Below are positions 29,304 through 37,959 of a stretch of DNA of 64,000 bases, piece after piece. The notes under the pieces were generated by a model, which worked only from the letters and a program-made list of their open reading frames with translations, did not search any database and was not told the origin of the DNA. The stretch is from positions 11,228 through 75,227 of the forward strand of contig JAMOUX010000025.1 in assembly GCA_027067855.1 (NCBI GenBank), given 5' to 3'. The first letter of the stretch is position 1. Every line of letters begins with the position of its first letter. Made by a program: the position numbers and the translations under genes. This stretch comes from Candidatus Fermentibacteraceae bacterium. GTDB lineage: Bacteria > Fermentibacterota > Fermentibacteria > Fermentibacterales > JCC-6.

Positions 29304-30491
29304 TCATTCCGGTGGAGTTCCGTTTTTCAAGCGTTTCCACGCAGTCGACACCCGCTCCAGGGCTTCCTCCAGGAGACTTCGGGGACAGGCTACGTTCATT
29401 CTCATGAACCCCTCTCCTCCCGGACCGAATGAAGTACCGGTATTCAGACCCAGCCCGGCTTCAGAAGCGAAAAATCGTTCCAGTCGCTGCTGCGACATGC
29501 CCATATCCCGACAGTCCAGCCAAAGAAGGTACGTGGCTTGCGGCATCGTCACCTTTATGCCGGGAACCCGCTTCGGAAGTTCATCCACGATCATCCTGCA
29601 GTTTTCGCGCAGGTATGACAGAAGTTCGTCGAGCCATTCCACGCCGTGGCGGTAAGCCGCCTCCAGCGCCACCCCGTCAAACACACGTGGAGTATCCAGG
29701 GCATGCCCCTTCTGCGCCTCCTCGAATCTTTTCCTGGTCTCTTTTCCCGGAATGATGTTATAGGACGCTCCCAGTCCGGCAAGATTGAAGGTTTTCCCTA
29801 TGGAATAGGCACATATGAGCTTCTCCCCCGCCGTGCCCGCGGCTCCGGCGGGAACGTGCCCGTAACCGGGATAAACCAGGTCGGCATGTATCTCGTCCGA
29901 GAACAGGAGGACGTCGTGCTCCGCGCACATCCCGGCCATAACCTTCAGTTCCCCTCTTGTCCATACCCGGCCCACCGGATTGTGCGGGGAGCAAAGTATC
30001 ATCATTTTCGCAGTCTTGAGTTTTTCCTCCAGGTCATCGAAATCAATGGAGTATTCCCTTTCCCGAAAGACCAGCCTGTTGGGCACGGGTTTCCTCTCCA
30101 TGCCTACTATCGAACGTTCGAAGAGCTGGTAGACGGGAGGCTGGTATACCACCCCGTCCCCCGGTTCCGTGAAAGCACGGATCGCGGTGCAGATAGCCGG
30201 AACCACGCCGGGCGAGGGTACCGTCCATTTTTTTCCTATCTTCCAGCCGAACCTCCGGCGGAACCAATCCGCCACCGCTTCATAAAAAGACTCCCGCAGC
30301 ATCGTGTAGCCTAAAATGCCCTCCCCGGTCCTCTCGATGATGGCGTTCAGCACCGGGAGAGGCGCTCTGAAATCCATGTCCGCTACCCACATGGGCAGGA
30401 CATCATCGGAACCGAACATGCTTCGGGACACGTTCCATTTCACGGAATCCGTTCCACGCCTGTCTACGATCCTGTCAAAGTCGTATTTCAT
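29304..30491 (-). CDS. PatB/MalY-family PLP enzyme (cystathionine beta-lyase/cysteine desulfhydrase)
   Basis: SVKW, PMWVADMDF, LCSPHNPVGR, SDEIH, KTFNLAG, ATYLLWLD, RMNVAC. Confidence 0.92.
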   Translation of the reverse strand: MKYDFDRIVDRRGTDSVKWNVSRSMFGSDDVLPMWVADMDFRAPLPVLNAIIERTGEGILGYTMLRESFYEAVADWFRRRFGWKIGKKWTVPSPGVVPAICTAIRAFTEPGDGVVYQPPVYQLFERSIVGMERKPVPNRLVFREREYSIDFDDLEEKLKTAKMMILCSPHNPVGRVWTRGELKVMAGMCAEHDVLLFSDEIHADLVYPGYGHVPAGAAGTAGEKLICAYSIGKTFNLAGLGASYNIIPGKETRKRFEEAQKGHALDTPRVFDGVALEAAYRHGVEWLDELLSYLRENCRMIVDELPKRVPGIKVTMPQATYLLWLDCRDMGMSQQRLERFFASEAGLGLNTGTSFGPGGEGFMRMNVACPRSLLEEALERVSTAWKRLKNGTPPE

Positions 30492-30584
30492 GTTTTCCTC
30501 CCTGGTTAGAGAAACATAATGATGTATCGTTCCTTCCGGACACGCGACGGATACCCGGCGATTTCACAACCGAGGGGAGAAAAA

Positions 30585-31343
30585 ATGGAAGGCAGGAATT
30601 TTCTGAAATCCAACTGGCATCTGCTCGATGAATTTGTAAGCGACCAGGCGAAAGGAGTGAAGCATCCGCCGATCCAGGAAAGGCTTCCGGAGGGAACCCC
30701 CGTCATCGCCTTGCCCGACATCGGCGATACTTACTCCGACGTGTCTCTCACGCAGGCTATGGATGCCAGGAGAAGCATCAGGAAGTTCTCCACCGAACCA
30801 TTGAAACCGGAGGAGTTGTCGTTCCTGCTCCGGTACACGCAGAAGGTCGGGAAAGTGATAAGGAACGGCATTGCCACACTGAGACCGGTACCCTCGGCGG
30901 GCGCCAGGCATCCTTTCGAAACGTATCTCCTGGTCAATGCCGTAAGCGGTTTGGATCCCGGACTCTACCGTTACCTGCCCCTGGATCATTCCCTGGCTCT
31001 CCTGGGTGGGCGGCGTTCCGCGGAAGACGTAACAGCGGCCTGCAACGGTCAAACCTTCTGCGGTGACTGTCCCGTCGTCTTCGCCTGGACGACGCTTCCC
31101 TACAGGACCGAATGGAGGTACGGTCCGGCGTCGCACAAGGTCATTGCCCTGGACGCGGGACATCTCTGCCAAAACCTGTACCTGGCCTGTGCGGCGGCCG
31201 GCCTTGGCACATGCGCAATCGGGGCGTACGACCAAATCGCCATGGACCGGCTGTTGGGGGTGGACGGAAAGAACGAGTTCCTGATCTACCTGGCGCCGGT
31301 GGGGATCCCGGCACGGCCATTGACACCGGAAGGCAATAAATAG
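30585..31343 (+). CDS. SagB/ThcOx-family nitroreductase
   Basis: RRSIRKF, PSAGARHPFE, GLYRY, DAGHLCQNLYL. Confidence 0.88.
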   Translation: MEGRNFLKSNWHLLDEFVSDQAKGVKHPPIQERLPEGTPVIALPDIGDTYSDVSLTQAMDARRSIRKFSTEPLKPEELSFLLRYTQKVGKVIRNGIATLRPVPSAGARHPFETYLLVNAVSGLDPGLYRYLPLDHSLALLGGRRSAEDVTAACNGQTFCGDCPVVFAWTTLPYRTEWRYGPASHKVIALDAGHLCQNLYLACAAAGLGTCAIGAYDQIAMDRLLGVDGKNEFLIYLAPVGIPARPLTPEGNK

Positions 31344-31388
31344 ATAAGATGATATGTGGTATTGTAGCTTGGTGACAAAGGAGGAAAT

Positions 31389-32951
31389 ATGAAATCCGTT
31401 TTGGTTATTCTGGTTTTTCTTGCCGGTTTCTCCGGCGCAACCGCTGTAAGCAGTTTCCGGGAAGCCGCCGACTTGGTATATGACCGGATCCTGGACAATG
31501 ATATAACCGGCAAGGCGGTCTCGGTTCTGGACAAACCCGTCTCGCAGGGAATGGTGATCGACTCCTGGCACGATGAAGTCACGGCTCCTTTCGACGGTTA
31601 CCTGGTTCTCGTGGACGACATGGTCTATGCCAACTGGGCGCACCCGTGCCGCTGGGTCTTCGTAAGTTCCGGCGGAAACATGGAAACGGTCAAGATGATG
31701 ACCCCACCCGACGATCTCGAGCACATGGAAGTGGTCCATACTTGCATCCCGGATCACGTTGACGACTCGGGCAACGGCCAGTACGAGAACTTCCTCGAGT
31801 GGTTCAAGCCCAACGTACAATCCACGTCGGAACGGGCGGCGCACATGTACGCCCTGATCATATCCGGAGGCTACAACAAGTCGAACAACCACATCAGGTA
31901 CTACGGCGATGTCCAGTTCATTTACAACGTCCTGGCTCACGACTACCTGCTGCCCGACGACCACATCGTGGTCTGTTTCGCCGACGGCACCAATTCCGCC
32001 CCGGACCAGTCCGGAGGTCTGAACTCCAACCCCGACCTGGACAACGACGGAGACAACGACATCATCTACGACGCCACCTCCGCGGGGGTGGAGAAAGGCT
32101 TCAGCGCCATCGACTCGATGATCGGCGCCGATGACCATCTATTCATCTTCACCACCGACCACGGCGATGAAGGTAAACCGGGCAACCAGGCCCCCGAGGT
32201 CATACTGAACCTCTGGAACAAACAGTCGTACGACGACGACAAATACAAGACCAAGCTCAGCGACATGACCTATGCATCCTGTCACGCGGCGATGGAACAG
32301 TGCTTCTCCGGAGGATTCCTCCTGGAACACATCGGCGGAACCTCCTCTTCTCCCAGTACCTTCGCCTCCGCAGCCAACGGCACCGAATCGAGCTGGGCGG
32401 GAAAAACGTACCCTGAGTACAACGAGTTCATTTATTACTGGACGGGAGCCATGCATGGTTCCGTTCCTCCCGCGGGAGACTTGTCCGGAGGAGATCTTCC
32501 CGGAAATCCCGACCTCAACGGGGACAATTGCGTATCGTTTTTCGAGGCCTTCGACAGGGCCAAGGCATGGGACACCTATGCCCAGTCCGGGAAGGAACAC
32601 CCGCAGTGGGACGACGACCCGGATTCCTGCGGTGAGCAGTATTACCTCGGCGGCAAGATAAGCACCGCCATCGAGGATGATTCCCACCAGCCGGTCACCG
32701 GTGATCTGAACCTCTCGGGCAACCCCCTGGGCCTGATGGCCACCGTCAACTTCACCATGGGCGCCACCGGCAACGTAGACATCACGGTCTACGATATGTA
32801 CGGCCGAGTGGTGGAAACCCTGCTGCACGAGGAACTTTCCCCGGGACGGCATTCCATCAAATGGAACGCAGGCGGTCTCGCCTCCGGCGTCTACATCATC
32901 CGCTTCGAGACGGCCGACCTCGTGGAAACCCTCAGGGCGGTAAAGTTCTAG
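31389..32951 (+). CDS. Secreted C13/legumain-like (clan CD) cysteine peptidase with T9SS-type C-terminal domain
   Basis: Signal peptide; ALIISGG, FIFTTDHG (His), MEQCFSGGF (Cys); C-terminal VYDMYGRVV...LASGVYIIRF. Confidence 0.82.
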   Translation: MKSVLVILVFLAGFSGATAVSSFREAADLVYDRILDNDITGKAVSVLDKPVSQGMVIDSWHDEVTAPFDGYLVLVDDMVYANWAHPCRWVFVSSGGNMETVKMMTPPDDLEHMEVVHTCIPDHVDDSGNGQYENFLEWFKPNVQSTSERAAHMYALIISGGYNKSNNHIRYYGDVQFIYNVLAHDYLLPDDHIVVCFADGTNSAPDQSGGLNSNPDLDNDGDNDIIYDATSAGVEKGFSAIDSMIGADDHLFIFTTDHGDEGKPGNQAPEVILNLWNKQSYDDDKYKTKLSDMTYASCHAAMEQCFSGGFLLEHIGGTSSSPSTFASAANGTESSWAGKTYPEYNEFIYYWTGAMHGSVPPAGDLSGGDLPGNPDLNGDNCVSFFEAFDRAKAWDTYAQSGKEHPQWDDDPDSCGEQYYLGGKISTAIEDDSHQPVTGDLNLSGNPLGLMATVNFTMGATGNVDITVYDMYGRVVETLLHEELSPGRHSIKWNAGGLASGVYIIRFETADLVETLRAVKF

Positions 32952-32974
32952 GATAATATCTTCGCGTAATGGAA

Positions 32975-33002
32975 GAAGGCGGGGGATTTCTCCCCCGCCT
33001 TC
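32975..33002. terminator. Hairpin between convergent genes, probable bidirectional terminator
   Basis: GAAGGCGGGGGA-TTTC-TCCCCCGCCTTC perfect 12-bp stem. Confidence 0.7.
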
Positions 33003-33029
33003 CAATTCAGAACACGAAATCGTATCGCT

Positions 33030-33527
33030 CTAACGTATGCGGTCGAGTATCCCTTCCAGCTTGGCAATGTACTGGGCCACCGTGGGAGTGGTGCCCACTA
33101 TCCTGTCTATTTCCGAGCCGTCGGCTTCCGCTATAACGACGCAGGGAATGGCACTTACCTGGTAACGACTAGCCAGTGACTTCATGTCCGGATTCTCCAC
33201 GTCCACTCTCAGCAAAACGAACCTGGAAAGTACCGGATACATTTCGTTGCTGGTGAAGTACTGTTCGCCCAAGACCCTGCAGGGGCCGCACCAGTCGGCA
33301 TACATGTCTATGAGGAGCGGTTTGCCGGTAGCCTGCGACTCGGCGCTCGCTCCCTCGAAGTCGTCTATGAACCAGGTCAGTTCCTGTTCTCCTTCGCCGG
33401 TTTCCGCAGCCGGGGGGGTATCCGTCACGGAGGTTTCGGAAACCGGCTCCGCGGATTCACTGGAACTTCCGCATGCTCCGGTAACCAGGCCGGCGAGTAT
33501 CATGATTCCTATGAAACTTTTCTTCAT
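33030..33527 (-). CDS. Thioredoxin-family lipoprotein
   Basis: Lipobox VTGAC; Pro/Glu/Ser linker; YADWCGPC; SAIP cis-Pro loop. Confidence 0.85.
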   Translation of the reverse strand: MKKSFIGIMILAGLVTGACGSSSESAEPVSETSVTDTPPAAETGEGEQELTWFIDDFEGASAESQATGKPLLIDMYADWCGPCRVLGEQYFTSNEMYPVLSRFVLLRVDVENPDMKSLASRYQVSAIPCVVIAEADGSEIDRIVGTTPTVAQYIAKLEGILDRIR

Positions 33528-33623
33528 CTCTGCCCTTTCTTCCGGTGTTGACATCGACTACCGTGGAAATAGTATCCTCTAATATACCTGTTTGTTCCAA
33601 ACGTAACAATCGGATGGAGGAAC

Positions 33624-34049
33624 ATGAGACCGGTAACACCCCTTCTGACCGTGGATGCCGTCATCGAGCTGGACGACGGCCGGATCGTCCTGGTAGAGAG
33701 AAAATACCCTCCCGCCGGATGGGCGTTGCCCGGCGGTTTCGTCGACCCGGGTGAAACCCTGGCATCCGCCGTACGACGCGAAGCCCTGGAAGAAACCTCC
33801 CTGGAAGTAGAGGTATTGAGGCTCTTTCACGCCTACTCCAAGCCGTGGCGGGACCCAAGGGGCGATACCGTCAGCATCGTGTACCATTGCAGGGCATGCG
33901 GATTACCCAGGGGAGGAGACGATGCCTCCAGGGCGGAGGTTTTCGATCTCTCCCGCCTTCCCCGACCCCTGGCGTTCGACCACGGCACCATACTTGAGCA
34001 CTTCATAACCTGGAAACTCACCGGCAAACTCCCGTCGGTGGAGGAATAG
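33624..34049 (+). CDS. NUDIX hydrolase
   Basis: WALPGGFVDPGETLASAVRREALEETSL Nudix box; RDPR; LAFDH. Confidence 0.92.
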   Translation: MRPVTPLLTVDAVIELDDGRIVLVERKYPPAGWALPGGFVDPGETLASAVRREALEETSLEVEVLRLFHAYSKPWRDPRGDTVSIVYHCRACGLPRGGDDASRAEVFDLSRLPRPLAFDHGTILEHFITWKLTGKLPSVEE

Positions 34050-34076
34050 AAAAGGGGGCGGGTCACCCCCGCCCCC
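34048..34076 (-). terminator. Intrinsic terminator of ompA-family gene
   Basis: GGGGGCGGG/CCCGCCCCC stem followed by TTTTCT on the minus strand. Confidence 0.7.
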
Positions 34077-34095
34077 AGCCGCATCTTCCCGCAGC

Positions 34096-36102
34096 CTAGT
34101 TCGTCGAAAGGACCGTGAATTCGATCCTTCTGTTCATGGCCTTGTTGGCCGGAGTGGTGTTGGGAACCAGAGGCATGCTCTCACCGAAGCCAACGGTGGT
34201 CAGCCGCCTGGCTTCGATCCCGTGCTGCACCAGGTAGTTGAACACGGCCATGGCCCTCTGTTCACTGAGGGTCTGGTTGTAGGCGGCGCTGCCGTCGGAG
34301 TCGGTATGACCGGCTATTTGCACCCTGGCGTTGGGATTGGCCTTGAGAATCTCGACTATGTTGTCCAGAACGTAATAGGACTCGGGCTTGATGGTGGCGC
34401 TGCCCGAATCGAAGTAGATGTTGTCGAAGGAGAGTACCTGTCCCTCTTCGAGCAACGGCTTGAGTACGAAGTCCACCACCGCCGTCTTATCAGCTTCCAC
34501 GACCACCACGTCGGTGGTAGCTTTGTAACCCTCGGCCTCGGCCTTCACTATCCAGGTACCCTCGGGAACCTGGAACCGGAATACGCCGTCTTCCGAGGAA
34601 TGGAACACGTAAGTGGAATCGTCTATTACCACGGACAGTGTGGCCACCAGCGGATCCCCGTCTTCGAACTCGGTGACCGTACCGGCTACCATGCCCAGTC
34701 CGGGTGCCGGCTCCAGCTGGAAGTCGGTGGAAACATTCTGGCCGGCTTCGAGCACTACCGTAGCCGACGCGGCCTTGTAGCCGTCGGCTCTCACGGATAC
34801 CGGTATGCTGCCGGCGGTAAGCTCGGCGCTGTAGAACCCGGTGGTCGGATCGGTCAGCACCGGCGCAACCCCGGTCCCGGGGAACGAAACAGTGGCCTGG
34901 ACGGGCTTGCCGGTCTCCGCGTCGGTCACCATGCCGGAAATGGTTCCGGTGGTAACCACGGCAACCTTTTCCAGCAGGTCGCTGGAGAAGGTAACCGTTG
35001 CGGAGATACCCCAGTCCTGGGTACCGCCGTCGGGGAGAGGAGCCCTTTGTTTTCTTTCTTCAATGGTCACATCACCGTTCTGGTAGAGAGCGTGACCGAA
35101 GTCGAAGTATTGGTTGTCGAAAGAGCTGAGCCCCATGTTGAAGCAGAAATCCATGGCTACGCCGCCGCCGGAGAACACCCTGATGCCGGGGGTGAAGTAA
35201 CTCACTACGGCATAGTTCTCCCTGTCGAGGTATTGTTTGACGGTATACTCGGTGTAGATGACGGCGAACTTCGTGGGAAACTCCAGGGCCGTACCGAAAT
35301 CGAAGGCTTCGTCCTCGACGAGTTCATTGAAGGATATCTCGTCGGTCCTGTACCTGTGGCCCTCTTCGTTGAACCGGAGCCTGTAGTCATCGAACCTGAT
35401 CGTTTGCTTGTACTGGGAATATCCGGCATTGACGTGCATTCTCAGGGGAGTTCCCGGGAACACTTTCGCAAGATCCACGGAAAACAGTCCGTCGAAACCC
35501 ATGCTGGTATGTCCGGTGGAAAGCATGGGCCTGCGCATGGTGAGCAAGGGAGTGCCCGCATCGAACCTGCCGTCGTATTCTTCGCAGATTATGGTCTTGC
35601 TGTTCCTCGGAGCGAAGAAGAACCAGTTATCGAGCCCGAACCAGAGCACCTCGCTGGAAGGGGTAGGAGTAAAGCCCATTTTCCAGCCCAGCATGATATC
35701 ACCCATGCCGTGTTCGCCGTCCCACTGACCCACGGTGTTGTTCCTGGGCGGGGTCAGGTCGAACTCGTAATACGAACCTACATAGCTTATCCTGGCGGCG
35801 AGTTCCATGAAACTGGTGAAACCGTAATCAAGGTAGAAAAACCCCTCGGAGAAATGTTCGGTGTCCTCGACTCTCAAGACGGTGTCGGATTCGGTATGTT
35901 CCGGCCTGTAGTGCAGGTTTTCGTACTCGTCTGAACTGGTCCAATACCTGCCGGTTATGCTGAACGATATCTGGTTGGACCCTATGGGCCTCGCGTCCAC
36001 GACCCTGTTCACGCCCCTGAACCCCATTATGGAAGGCAGGGAGAAAGCGGTGCCCGTTAAAAGGATGAGCGCCAATACCAGAATTAAACCCCTTGTTTTC
36101 AT
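34096..36102 (-). CDS. OmpA-family protein: N-terminal beta-rich domain, two carboxypeptidase-regulatory-like repeats, OmpA_C
   Basis: Signal peptide; GTISGMVTDAETGKP and GMVAGTVTEFEDGDP repeats; NIYFDSG, GHTDSDG, NQTLSEQRA, NRRIEF. Confidence 0.9.
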   Translation of the reverse strand: MKTRGLILVLALILLTGTAFSLPSIMGFRGVNRVVDARPIGSNQISFSITGRYWTSSDEYENLHYRPEHTESDTVLRVEDTEHFSEGFFYLDYGFTSFMELAARISYVGSYYEFDLTPPRNNTVGQWDGEHGMGDIMLGWKMGFTPTPSSEVLWFGLDNWFFFAPRNSKTIICEEYDGRFDAGTPLLTMRRPMLSTGHTSMGFDGLFSVDLAKVFPGTPLRMHVNAGYSQYKQTIRFDDYRLRFNEEGHRYRTDEISFNELVEDEAFDFGTALEFPTKFAVIYTEYTVKQYLDRENYAVVSYFTPGIRVFSGGGVAMDFCFNMGLSSFDNQYFDFGHALYQNGDVTIEERKQRAPLPDGGTQDWGISATVTFSSDLLEKVAVVTTGTISGMVTDAETGKPVQATVSFPGTGVAPVLTDPTTGFYSAELTAGSIPVSVRADGYKAASATVVLEAGQNVSTDFQLEPAPGLGMVAGTVTEFEDGDPLVATLSVVIDDSTYVFHSSEDGVFRFQVPEGTWIVKAEAEGYKATTDVVVVEADKTAVVDFVLKPLLEEGQVLSFDNIYFDSGSATIKPESYYVLDNIVEILKANPNARVQIAGHTDSDGSAAYNQTLSEQRAMAVFNYLVQHGIEARRLTTVGFGESMPLVPNTTPANKAMNRRIEFTVLSTN

Positions 36103-36232
36103 AATACCTCCTCCGTTGATGAAAATCGAGAGACTTGCGCGAACAGTATTATATAATTAGAAAATCGGCGGACGTATATGTATGTAAACGAAAAGGCCTG
36201 CGACCGGGCGTGACGGGAGGTCTGAGACAACC

Positions 36233-37183
36233 ATGATTCCTACCACCATGCGAAAATCCGGGGCAACCGGGCTTGTGTTTTTACTTTCGTCCGCCGTGCT
36301 GGTTTTCGTAACCGCGGCGGACGGGTACGATCCTCTCTACCACGACAACCTGACCGAGGCTCTGCATTCCATGGAAACCGACGGAGACGTAATCTTAGGC
36401 TTCTTCAGAGCCGGAAGTTACTGGAGGACCGACTCCCTGGGACACAGCGAACTTCACGACTATCAGCAGGGACTCAGCGTGGTGCGATTGCTTTTCCTCG
36501 GCAGGTACGGCCTGACCAACAGTCATACCGTTTCCCTGCTCGTTCCCGCCTTCCTGCTGCTCCGGGGTCCCGGAGATTCGACGGGAGCGGGCATAGTCGA
36601 CCCATGGATATCCCTGGACGGCTGGCTTACCAGAGAACCCAGGGTTTTCGCCCGGGGAGCGATAAGGCTTCCCCTCAAGGGCGCACTGGAATCAGGAGAC
36701 TACTCCGAGAGTGACAGGCACCTGGCCCTGGACGGAGCCGTCACCGTGGTAAGTCCCCTGTCGGCGGGTTCCGGAATAACCGTGGAAGGAACCGCCGGAC
36801 TCAGGTACTACACGTCGGCCTGGGACGGCCTTTATGAAACTCCCAGGGATTCGGCGGAAACGAAACCTCCATTGGAACTCAGGTTCACAGGTTTCCTGGT
36901 ACTGCCGGTAAACCCCGAGTTGAGTCTGAGGGTGGGGGGAGATTTCGCCGGCAGGGGAGAAACGCAGGCCCTGATAAACGGCGACTGGACCGGGCAGGAC
37001 AACAGTGCGTTCTCACGGAAAGACCTGAGAACGGGTTTCTCGTTGAACAATGAGAGGCTGAATCTTGCTGTGGACGTCTACTACAGGTTCGCCGGCGAGA
37101 ACGACGACAAGGAATGGGGGCTCATGGTAAGCGGCACGGGTCTGAACATAAAGGACCTGTTCTCCGGATCGGGAGGCAGATGA
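36233..37183 (+). CDS. Hypothetical exported protein, probable outer-membrane beta-barrel
   Basis: Signal peptide; alternating amphipathic beta-strand pattern; GRYGLT and GAGIVD motifs. Confidence 0.6.
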   Translation: MIPTTMRKSGATGLVFLLSSAVLVFVTAADGYDPLYHDNLTEALHSMETDGDVILGFFRAGSYWRTDSLGHSELHDYQQGLSVVRLLFLGRYGLTNSHTVSLLVPAFLLLRGPGDSTGAGIVDPWISLDGWLTREPRVFARGAIRLPLKGALESGDYSESDRHLALDGAVTVVSPLSAGSGITVEGTAGLRYYTSAWDGLYETPRDSAETKPPLELRFTGFLVLPVNPELSLRVGGDFAGRGETQALINGDWTGQDNSAFSRKDLRTGFSLNNERLNLAVDVYYRFAGENDDKEWGLMVSGTGLNIKDLFSGSGGR

Positions 37184-37959
37184 AACGAATCGTAATTCTT
37201 CTGCTTCCCGCGGTCTTGCTGCTCTATGCCGTATTCGCCAGGGAAACGAGCACGGGGAAGAAACTGCTGGAAACGTGCGACGGGTACCTGGAATCCTTGG
37301 AAGCCGATGACGCGGCGACCGCCCGGAACCTCCTCACGGACAGTCTCGCCGCCATGGTCACTGTCGAAACCCTGAAGAAAACCCTGCCGTCGGTGCCTGT
37401 GACCTACGCAGTGGGACGGCGGGAATCCAGGGGTCTTCCGGTTACCGTAACCACGGAGGAAGGCGGTTCCAGGATCTTGTGGCTCGAAGAGACTCCCGGA
37501 GGAAAATGGCGCGTGCGGGGAGATTCTTTCCTGGATGGAGCCATGGGAAGCGTGATACTGGAATGTATCTCCTATGCTTCGGAAACGGTGACACCGGCCG
37601 TGGCCGCCGGTGCGGCTCCCGTAGATTTCAAGTGTCCTTCCACGGGCTTGCCGTACACCATGAAAGACGGCAGACTGTTCTGTCCCGCGGGACACCTGGG
37701 AGAGGGACTGGAATTCGCGGGGGCGGACTGCGGGATCCTGAGAGACAGCCTCGCCGGGGAGATAGCCGCTTACCTGGACGCAGGCCATCCCTACCCGTCC
37801 TCGTTCGGGGAAATGTACGAAAGCAGCGAGGGCGCCTTCGGACGCAGAGGAAGATTCCATTGTCCGGACAACGGCTATGCCTATTACGAGATAACCGCGG
37901 AAGGGCTCTACTGTCCCTACCATGATGCGGTTACCCCCATTCCGGGCGGAACGGAATGA
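37180..37959 (+). CDS. Hypothetical membrane-anchored protein with two Cys/His (C...CP...CP..H) modules
   Basis: N-terminal hydrophobic anchor; ATGA overlaps at both ends. Confidence 0.7.
   Translation: MKRIVILLLPAVLLLYAVFARETSTGKKLLETCDGYLESLEADDAATARNLLTDSLAAMVTVETLKKTLPSVPVTYAVGRRESRGLPVTVTTEEGGSRILWLEETPGGKWRVRGDSFLDGAMGSVILECISYASETVTPAVAAGAAPVDFKCPSTGLPYTMKDGRLFCPAGHLGEGLEFAGADCGILRDSLAGEIAAYLDAGHPYPSSFGEMYESSEGAFGRRGRFHCPDNGYAYYEITAEGLYCPYHDAVTPIPGGTE

Noticed and set aside
30585..31343. RiPP (azole) cluster suggested by the SagB-like gene
   Set aside because: No YcaO, precursor peptide or transporter nearby; stand-alone SagB-like nitroreductases are common
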